NCBI GenBank assembly: GCA_048013815.1 | Contig: CM106585.1 | Span: forward strand, 13,020,001 to 13,084,000 | Source of the DNA: Setoptus koraiensis | Taxonomy: Eukaryota > Animalia > Arthropoda | Length of the DNA: 64,000 nucleotides | Direction: 5' to 3' | Part shown: in pieces, positions 11,811-20,263 of the stretch | How the letters are laid out: the number at the start of each line of letters is the position of its first letter | Numbering within the stretch: position 1 is the first letter of the stretch | Made by a program: the position numbers and the translations under genes | Notes under the pieces: model-generated | What the model saw: the letters and a program-made list of their open reading frames with translations, nothing else | Database searches by the model: none | Told to the model about the DNA's origin: nothing

Positions 11811-14800
11811 TCATTTTAGTTCCTGCAATAATATTAGAAGCTCTTGTCTGACTGAAGTCAAATTTTTATCAGTGGCCCCATGCAAATTGCAATAAGTGAA
11901 CATTGTTCGCAGTATTGGCTCGTTAGATTTCAGCCAGGCCCTCCTCTGGCTGACACTGTCCATTGAGGTGAGAATGGTGGAGGCGTTAGTCTGCGTACTA
12001 TTGCTTTCGTTATTATTGTACTGGCATATGTTTGAGAGTGCTTGCACGCTCCTCTCTAACCATATAAATAGTTGTGACCTAAGTTGATCTTCTTCACATC
12101 CTATGGCTAGTGTATTGAGCTCATCTAACAGTAAATTCATACAGCCAACAAATTTCAATTGTTGGGCCATGATGAGATCCGTTTGATCCATTGTAGATAG
12201 ACCATCGCCCATTCCATTCAAAGAATCCTTCTCCTGACCATCATCATTACTTTGTTGATGTGGACGTTGTTGTTGTAATTGCTGCTGCTGATGTTCGTCA
12301 TTTTGAGAAGTGTTCATCATTTTGTCTGGAAGACGGGATAAAACCTCAAGGGCCAGCATGGGGCAGCCAGCATCCAAATAAGAATGGGCAGTGGAGAAGA
12401 ATAGTCTTCGTTCAGTTTGTTCGTCTATTATTTGTTGTCTGCGTCGTGCCACCAAAGGCTGATCGCTCAGATATAAATAGAAATTAAACACAGATGCAGT
12501 AACACTAACATTGCCACTAGTGGGCACTCCTTGCTGCTGGAACAGCGTCTCAGAGTTCCTTCGATTGCTTGATTGCGACGATGAGCCACCACTACTAGAG
12601 GGCCCTAGGTCGCTCTTGTTGATGCTGTTCACTACAGCAGATTGTTGACCACTTGCCGCACCACTGACCGATCTCCTATGCCATTCCTGACCGACATCGA
12701 TCTCTAGTAAAGTGTGAACAGCGTTTAAATGATCACCCAATTTCCAGAATGCCATACTACGCAAAAACGAATCCTGATGCGCCTTCTTTGGATTGTAGGT
12801 GTATTGTTGTTGTTGATCACAGACGCCATTTGCAGCCGACTGTGACGCACTCGAACTATTTACTAAATCAGTGGGCCGACCTGAGCCCAATATCTCGATT
12901 GAGAGTAATTTTCTCAAATTCATAGGAATATTTGTATCGAGATCACTATCGTGCAATCTTATTAATACCATTGCCAATTGTATATCATTAAGATTATTGA
13001 TGCACACCTCAACGGCGTCCCATATTGAACCGGCCAATATAAAGAAGGCGGCCGCATGCTCAAATCTATGCAAGCCCAACAGAGCATAGGCATTCTTTAG
13101 TGCCTTTTTTCTATTCGCTGGATCGCTGAAATCTTGTTCAAATAGTTTCAATAATCGTTTATCACAGTTCACTCTCTTCAGTAGAGCGCAAACTAAAGTC
13201 TTTTTCTTCATAGCCAAATAAAACAGTGCTGCATCCAATGGATCCTGTTTGGCCTGATAAGCTGCTTGAGCAACTTTCTCGATCAACTTCCTCAGTACCT
13301 CAATTTTTTTAATCCACCAGCCAATTCCGTATTCTTTTAGTTCAGACCATTTTGGCTTGTTGCGTTGCACACACGGCAATAAACTAATGAGTTCCTCCTG
13401 TGTCTCGGAATGGAAGGCCCAAACCAAATTGTGACTACCAATTCCAGACATCTTCAAATGTTGCCTGGGGTTTATTGGTAGGCATTTGGTTAGATAGACG
13501 TGCTGACGCATGGCGGTCAGATATCTTAAGCCACAATCATCTAATGAATCTATTGCCAATGTTGTGGCTGCTGAAACACCGTGATTATCTTCCTCACTGA
13601 GAATTGCGCCCGTTCCCTGTTCGTCATCATGTAGATCGCTGATATCTGTTGGCGACGCATCAAATGCTGCAACTGCATCAGCCACAGCCAACAGATGTAC
13701 CTGATCCAAGCTAGACAGACCAGGTAGATGTAGATGAGTCAGCATTTTAGTCAATAATTTCGCCTTTCGTGGATTAAAATTGGTCAAGAAACCTGAACTA
13801 GACTCATCCAATGTACGTTGTAACTCTTTTTGTTTGTTCAATTTATCAATAGTAGATTGACCTAGTATTTCGTCTAATGTCTCTTCGACTTGTGATTTTG
13901 AGCGCATAAACGGATCAAATCCCAACGAGAACTCGTCCTTTGTCATGGGTTTACTTTCTACGACTTGTGGCTTCTCTCTGTCTGCCTCCAACAATGAGTA
14001 TAACGATAATCGTTTAATGGACGTTACTTCTGTATAATCTAACTCTATCTCTTCAATAACTTGCTGCTGAATAGAGGGATTGTCTAAGTCGAATGTTCCA
14101 CCAAATGCTGGCGGCGAGTTAGCTACAATTGATAATGTACGAGATCGATGGGCCCACGGTCCAGGACTAGATTCAGATTGAAGAGTTGTTTCTAAGCTTC
14201 CTGGTCCTTGGCCTGCATTGCTTCGATTGTAGTTGACTGAATTTGGATCTGACGATGTTAGACAGTTGACTAGATGATTTAGAATGGCCTTGACTCTCTG
14301 TAACTTGCCGAAAGCTAACAGTTCGATCAACTGTTTCAAGTGATACTGAGGTAATACGTTGGAATTCTGTTGAGCCATTTTACTTGCTCGGATGATCTCT
14401 TGGAATGATTGTTGCTGTGAGTATATTTGCTTCTGAATACCGTCGACTTGATCATGATGTGGACGAAGTTCCTCATTAAGACTAGGTAGCCTTTCATTGT
14501 CACTGGGCCCCTGCAATGACGTCATTTTATTGGATAACGCTGTAAAATGGTAGCTTACGTGTTGCCTAGAGGGATGCGCACTCTGCGGAGGTGTAAGGTC
14601 TTCCGAGGAGTTCTCAGTATCGCCTAACCATTCTGTCACAATTGAATTGTCCTTGTAATCTACTATCAGGAGTCCATCACAAAGCCAAGAAGCGTGCATA
14701 GGAAGACCGGTTATCCTTGTCATTAGATCTACACCTTGAACTTGGGGATAATTCGCACCAAAGCACAACTTCCACAAGCCCAATGTACCACTGAGATGTT

Positions 14801-17000
14801 GTGTCACAATAAATATGTTTGGATCGCTAGTTCCGACATTAGAGATTTGTTGATTGACAGAATCAGTAGATTCTGGAACCAGTCCACCGGTGGGTGCCAT
14901 GCCGGTTGCTTCGGTGGTAGTAGACAAGCTATCCTGCTCAAGACTACTTAAGGGTGGTGCAGGTTCGCCCAGTGGGGTAGCACCAGTGACAGCCAAATAA
15001 GCACGTTTTACATCCTGATATGCGCTAGGCGAATACGAGAGTATATGAATGGACATGGTTGTTGCATCATAATGAGGTAAAGCTCCTGGTACCTTAGACA
15101 CCTTGTCAATCTGAACCTGCCTGAATGAGCCAGGCCCCTCGCCGTCCAAATAGTTTACTTGCCATATAGTTAATGTACCATCAACAGGGTTAATATTAAA
15201 TAATAAATCTGTAGAAGCTTGCCATTTTTTGAGTAGTGATTCTAGATTTTTGTCAAACTCCTCCACCAACGATGTCGGACTTGTTCTACCACTGTCGTTA
15301 CCAACTACGTTACTAGCGGTCAAGCTACTTCTATTGCTATTAAAGTTGTCCTGATCAGTGTCTTGTTGACCATCATAAAGGACCGGTGTTCTACCGGATG
15401 CCGCTAGAGCTCGTTGTTTATTTATCTTGTAGCATAGTTTATGGCGGAGCTTTTTACTTGATTCGGCAGTTATTGTATCATTTACATTATCCAAATCATC
15501 TGTGTCATTTTCACTTCCAGAGCAAGACTCGGTAGCTGATGGTGGCGAATTCGTTACTTGACTAGCCTTTAGGATTCGCGATAGCATATCATGCAATAAT
15601 TGCTCTATTGCACGAGTTATTTGTATCTCCTTGTTGTTGATAGAATGAACAACAAAATGACTATGAGAGTTATTGTGATCATCTACCTGACTAGATAGGT
15701 CAATAAATGGATTTTTGCCCGAGGCAACGCTCTGAAAATCGAACTCAGCTTCCATGCTTCCAGCTAAATGAAAATGAAGTCCAGGTATTAGAGTTGTGGA
15801 GCATAAAGCATAACTATGAAAATCTTGTGCACTTAAACTACTGGGTAAGCAACTGTTGTTTGGTCCACTGTCGTTAGCGACCTTCTCTAATTCATCGAAA
15901 GAATCCTCCAAGAGTGTCTGGCGTTTCTTGAATTGCGAGAAGGCTTTCATTTTTTTTAATCTTTGCAAAAGCTTCTGGCGGTGCCTACGTGTTTCTACTC
16001 TAGGAATTCCAGACACTAAATTGCCGTTGCCATTGAGACCTTTTAATTGATTGAAATTGACTAGACCATCATCAGGCAATAATGTTTGAACCCATAAACG
16101 TGAAATATTATCTAAGCAGGAGGTTATGAGTACGTTAGCAACAGAGCCTCGTGGTGTATATTTGCTAGTTTTTCGCCATGAGAATCCAGTGACAGCTCTA
16201 GGGTGAGAAATGTAAATGAAAGAAAAATTAACAGTACTCGTGTCTGGATTAAGGTTGGTGAATGGGCGCCGAGAACCCATAGGACTAGTAGGTGGACTAA
16301 ATGCCTGTGCCGCTATGTTGTTTGACGAAGTTGACGTTACCAAACAGGATGATTTAGTGACACTCTCATACCAGATTTTGACGAGACGATCGAATGATCC
16401 AGCTGAGCAGAATAAAGTTCCATCGGGAGAAAATTTTATATATTGGACAGAGTTAGCGATCAAACAACGCCAAACACATTGCCAAGACATATTGTAGTTT
16501 TCTTTGTCACATAGTTGATGTCTGATGGTAGATTTTAGATGCCACATCTGAATATTTTTGCCTCCTGTGATTAATTTTGTGCCCTCTAAGTTGAGCGAAA
16601 TAACACATATATGGTAGTCTGCCTCGAAGGTTGCCGTCTCTACCCATTTATAACTACTGCTATTACTATTACTATTATTGCTATTGTTATTATTACTATT
16701 GTTTGGTGGTTGCTGTTGTTGCTGCTGTTGTTGGACCATAATAGTTGGCTCAAAGATCACAATCTTATTGTTGTATGCGGCTGCAATTTTGCCGACATCA
16801 GTGGAACAATCTATACATGAGACCGGTGTCTTGTTATCAGAGCTGTAGAGTGAGCCAGGTATGAGTTGAACTCTTTGAAAATTGCTAGCTAATATTATTA
16901 TGTCCGGGCCGGAGGTACAAGCCGTGAAGGGGGTCCCTTCGACGCTTCCAACGGAATAACAGTATTGGCCAACATTGATACTGGTTGTTTGGCTAGACAT
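11811..17000 (-). CDS. DMXL: DmX-like protein / Rabconnectin-3 alpha (RAVE/Rav1 homologue), intronless, 1729 aa, C-terminally short
   Basis: N-terminus INVGQYCYSVGSVEGTPFTACTSGPDIIILASNFQRVQLIPG and VSCIDCSTDVGKIAAAYNNKIVIFEP match the DMXL1/2 start. WD40 motifs (FSPDGTLFCSAGSFDRLVKIW; HPRAVTGFSWRKTS). Rav1p_C-type region KWSELKEYGIGWW...DPLDAALFYLAMKK...KKALKNAYALLGLHRFEHAAAFFILAG. In-frame TAA before the ATG; ends LLQELK-TGA-TGA. Confidence 0.95.
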   Translation of the reverse strand: MSSQTTSINVGQYCYSVGSVEGTPFTACTSGPDIIILASNFQRVQLIPGSLYSSDNKTPVSCIDCSTDVGKIAAAYNNKIVIFEPTIMVQQQQQQQQPPNNSNNNNSNNSNSNSSSYKWVETATFEADYHICVISLNLEGTKLITGGKNIQMWHLKSTIRHQLCDKENYNMSWQCVWRCLIANSVQYIKFSPDGTLFCSAGSFDRLVKIWYESVTKSSCLVTSTSSNNIAAQAFSPPTSPMGSRRPFTNLNPDTSTVNFSFIYISHPRAVTGFSWRKTSKYTPRGSVANVLITSCLDNISRLWVQTLLPDDGLVNFNQLKGLNGNGNLVSGIPRVETRRHRQKLLQRLKKMKAFSQFKKRQTLLEDSFDELEKVANDSGPNNSCLPSSLSAQDFHSYALCSTTLIPGLHFHLAGSMEAEFDFQSVASGKNPFIDLSSQVDDHNNSHSHFVVHSINNKEIQITRAIEQLLHDMLSRILKASQVTNSPPSATESCSGSENDTDDLDNVNDTITAESSKKLRHKLCYKINKQRALAASGRTPVLYDGQQDTDQDNFNSNRSSLTASNVVGNDSGRTSPTSLVEEFDKNLESLLKKWQASTDLLFNINPVDGTLTIWQVNYLDGEGPGSFRQVQIDKVSKVPGALPHYDATTMSIHILSYSPSAYQDVKRAYLAVTGATPLGEPAPPLSSLEQDSLSTTTEATGMAPTGGLVPESTDSVNQQISNVGTSDPNIFIVTQHLSGTLGLWKLCFGANYPQVQGVDLMTRITGLPMHASWLCDGLLIVDYKDNSIVTEWLGDTENSSEDLTPPQSAHPSRQHVSYHFTALSNKMTSLQGPSDNERLPSLNEELRPHHDQVDGIQKQIYSQQQSFQEIIRASKMAQQNSNVLPQYHLKQLIELLAFGKLQRVKAILNHLVNCLTSSDPNSVNYNRSNAGQGPGSLETTLQSESSPGPWAHRSRTLSIVANSPPAFGGTFDLDNPSIQQQVIEEIELDYTEVTSIKRLSLYSLLEADREKPQVVESKPMTKDEFSLGFDPFMRSKSQVEETLDEILGQSTIDKLNKQKELQRTLDESSSGFLTNFNPRKAKLLTKMLTHLHLPGLSSLDQVHLLAVADAVAAFDASPTDISDLHDDEQGTGAILSEEDNHGVSAATTLAIDSLDDCGLRYLTAMRQHVYLTKCLPINPRQHLKMSGIGSHNLVWAFHSETQEELISLLPCVQRNKPKWSELKEYGIGWWIKKIEVLRKLIEKVAQAAYQAKQDPLDAALFYLAMKKKTLVCALLKRVNCDKRLLKLFEQDFSDPANRKKALKNAYALLGLHRFEHAAAFFILAGSIWDAVEVCINNLNDIQLAMVLIRLHDSDLDTNIPMNLRKLLSIEILGSGRPTDLVNSSSASQSAANGVCDQQQQYTYNPKKAHQDSFLRSMAFWKLGDHLNAVHTLLEIDVGQEWHRRSVSGAASGQQSAVVNSINKSDLGPSSSGGSSSQSSNRRNSETLFQQQGVPTSGNVSVTASVFNFYLYLSDQPLVARRRQQIIDEQTERRLFFSTAHSYLDAGCPMLALEVLSRLPDKMMNTSQNDEHQQQQLQQQRPHQQSNDDGQEKDSLNGMGDGLSTMDQTDLIMAQQLKFVGCMNLLLDELNTLAIGCEEDQLRSQLFIWLERSVQALSNICQYNNNESNSTQTNASTILTSMDSVSQRRAWLKSNEPILRTMFTYCNLHGATDKNLTSVRQELLILLQELK

Positions 17001-17780
17001 ATTTTAGCTGGGCCCACTTGATTGGGTCTGAGGCGCGTTTATCGAGTACTAGATGTGTGCTGTTCGGTTAGATGCCCTATTGTTTTTAGTCTCTGGTTGT
17101 GCGTAATGTAATGAGACGACCACGATGATTATAAAAGCAATGATAACCCAGTGATGGCCTGGTGATTTGTGGCTCAATGGCTACAGGCAAATGAATGGAG
17201 TCTGGCGACGAGGATAAATAGGATTGGAATTGGATGAAGTTTTATCTAACGGTGAAACACATTTAGACGTGCTGTCATGAAGGGGATAGAATTTATTAAA
17301 GTGGATCTAGGCGCAGTGCGATTCGCTAGAGAAATTCTAGTGGCGATGAGGGCGCGAAATTTAAGTGAAAATCTACGGCCAATGATCGGGGGAGCAACTC
17401 TGTGCAGTGTCGCTCGCACAGCTCCCGCTAGTTTAGAGGGAGCATGTTCCCCGCTCCCGGCCGGGTGCAAATGCTCCTCGCTCGAGCGAGAGGCCCCCCG
17501 ATTTCTATCGACGACAATGTTAGATAAAAGTGTGTTTATTTTATTGTTGTGCCGCGCTACATATGGTCGCGCGAACACGGATGCATAAATTGTGCCCGTG
17601 CACAGGAAGTGTACACAAAAGTGTAATATATAGGTGTGCACCAATCATGAGCGTGAAATACTCAAAGTTTGAGTCTCTTTGACATCCCCCTCCTTTATAA
17701 TAAACGAAACTTTTTCGTTTGCTGTGGTCTAGCCGAATTGTCATAATTTAACCGCTACATAGGTAGCTAGTTCGTGTCGA

Positions 17781-17990
17781 ATCAGATATCTTCTATGAGA
17801 AATTGATAGCCGATGTTAGACTTAACAAATTCAAAGGCTTCCCCCAGAGATTTGCGATGGTTCATAGGCACCCATGCTTTCTTCAGATAAGAGAACTCGG
17901 CAGTGATGTAATAAGAAGTAGATTGATTAGACATCTATTTTTGTACGAAACAACAGACGTGTCTTCATTCCTGTCATAATGGATTCCTGT
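17781..17990 (-). pseudogene. Frameshifted tandem duplicate of the C-terminal part of the neighbouring orphan ORF
   Basis: Translates VVSYKNR/(1-nt deletion)/SNQSTSYYITAEFSYLKK...IGYQFLIEDI*, versus IISYKKRTSKESVTYYIIAQPPYQKL...IGYQFLM in the ORF at 18162-18614. Identical 20-mer ATGAGAAATTGATAGCCGAT at 17795-17814 and 18241-18260. Confidence 0.5.
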
Positions 17991-18161
17991 TCATTCCTGT
18001 CATTCAGTTGAATCATCAGCAGTTCTTCCGGTGAAATATCTGTTTATTTGATCTCTAACGCTCGATCTTTAACAAAATATTGTCACTTTCTTCGTATGGT
18101 TTATCAAGTTCACTCAGTTATTCACCAGAAAATCTGAGGCGCTCAAGTAGCTCTACCTTAC

Positions 18162-18614
18162 CTTGTTAGTCATATCTAATGCATCTTCTTCCTCCAAGTA
18201 TTTCTCTATGCGCATAGAAGCTGTTCGACTGACTTGACTCATGAGAAATTGATAGCCGATCTGAACTGTACTCCAATCACAAACAACGTTACACACAAGC
18301 TTCTGATACGGAGGCTGGGCAATTATGTAATAGGTTACAGATTCTTTGGAGGTTCTCTTTTTGTAGGAAATAATCTGGAATCTGATTCTTCCGCAAAGGT
18401 ATCCTATTCTGTCATTGAAACGGTATTCTCCTCTCGTGAAAGATCTTTCAATTTTATCTCTGACGCTGCTTAAAAAGTTGCGACTTTCTTCATCTTTTAA
18501 TTTGAGTTCACTCAAGCAGCCATCATATTTGTGAGAAACTTCCTCCGATGCCAAAATTAGATGCCGGCTTGGGTCTCTACCAAGCCGGCATGCGCTGATT
18601 ATTTTAAATAACAT
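18162..18614 (-). CDS. Orphan ORF/exon of unknown function, possibly part of a degenerate multi-exon gene spanning ~17.8-19.2 kb
   Basis: About 150 open codons with normal globular composition, ending at a strong donor AAG|GTAAGG (18162/18161). Another strong donor (MANKDRAPN|GTAAGT) lies near 19127. I could not chain the pieces into one intact frame. Confidence 0.4.
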
Positions 18615-19444
18615 GATTGCTCTAACAAGCTGATTGTAATCGAGAAAATTGAATTACTCGAGTTTCAGAAAATGTTATATGAAGGTAATCGTCGAATCCA
18701 TCAGCGAGATAGTTGCAATTTTCAAGAACTTCACAACTTGTTGATTTAGATGTAGCACAATCACGGCTCTCAATGATCGGCAAATGTATTTCGTTAGTCT
18801 CGGTGGTGGCACCGTTGCTTTTGTTGCTTTCACTGCCTTTTATTGTGGTTCCTTTTTCAGTTGCTGGTGTTTATCTTTGTTTATTTATTCAGCACTTGAA
18901 CTTGATGCAAAATATAACTAAAGAATCCAATTCAATGGTGCTTGTCTCGAAGAAGGGATCCGCTAACGAATCTGTCGCCCATTGCGGTGACAACTCGGCA
19001 GCCGTTTGTATTGATTTGAAAATGCGGCGCCAGAGAGTTGCCTCTTGCAAGAGGAGAAACTCCAAAGAATCTATCAGATGCGCTGACAAGCGAGCTCTCG
19101 GGCTCACAAAGGAACTCGCAACTTACTTGTTAGGAGCACGGTCTTTGTTCGCCATGAGAATACGAGGTATGATTGAGGTTGGCGCCCCGGGAGATTCTCG
19201 GGGAGAATGCAGATTCTGAATTTCAGATTGCGAGATGTAAGTGAGAGGTCCCTTGTTCCTGTCGCGAGGTTTGGAGCGGGAGGGGAGAGAGGAGGCCCCC
19301 GATCGGGAGACGCTCTCGCGCTCTATCAATTTTTTCGCTTTCAAACTTGGCGCAATAAACCAATGCACTGAGCATGCCCGAGAATTGGTTGTGCGGATCA
19401 GGCGAACGAGTGTTTGCATTGGATAAACGCCACACTGTCTACAA

Positions 19445-19475
<31 letters not shown>

Positions 19476-19477
19476 GT
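19445..19477. repeat. (TG)n microsatellite in the divergent intergenic region
   Basis: Direct reading; one interruption. A second (GT)15 tract lies at 19761-19790. Confidence 0.95.
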
Positions 19478-19758
19478 ACAGTGCGGACTCCAAAGTGCGG
19501 AGTCGCGCGAAATGTACTGTGCGCTAGAATGCGCTGCATTGAGCGAGAGAGCGAGAGGGGCAGAGAAGGGGGGAATCAGGAGAAAAAAAGAATTGGCACA
19601 CACACACTCACTAACTCAGGCGTTTGTATACAATTGTACACGAATAGTTGCACACTAAAGAGAATATATAGGCGCATTGAGCGTACAGTGCAAGTAATAA
19701 TAATAGTGGCCCAACTCGCACTAACGCAGCACCAGCGAACCGTTCTCTCATTGTGCGC

Positions 19759-19792
<34 letters not shown>

Positions 19793-20263
19793 AATTGAAG
19801 AAATCTCTTGCAGCGAAACCAACATTTGGAGCGACTCGGCCAGCGCACACACACACACACACAAGCAGCAGCGCAGCAACAGTTCTTCTGTTTGCGCCAC
19901 CAGTTCTGCTGGCGTTTGTGCATAGGAAAAAGCATTTCAGCAAGTAGTGGCCTAGGCAAATCTCTATCCCCTTTATCACATCATTTGCAGACTGCCTGTT
20001 ACCGTTATCCGATTACATCAAATATTCACATTTATCATGTTGCTAAACAACAAGCATCATTAACATCATTATTATTATTAATTTTATCCCCATTACAATT
20101 ATTATTATTATCGTCGTGGTTGTTGTTGTTGTCGATCGGAGTGGAACGCAGCATATTAGCACACACACACACACATAAATATAACACGTCACATTATTTT
20201 ATTGTATTACCGAAAACGCGCCTTGCTCTACACACTCAACGCCAAGCGCGCCTAGTAATAACC

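Noticed and set aside
17351-17358. E2F-like GCGCGAAA sites (also ~19505) as promoter elements
   Set aside because: An 8-mer match alone is insufficient without TSS data.
19808-20263. N-terminal 152 codons of the 948-aa ORF
   Set aside because: CA microsatellites and TTA runs, no ATG start; treated as 5' UTR.
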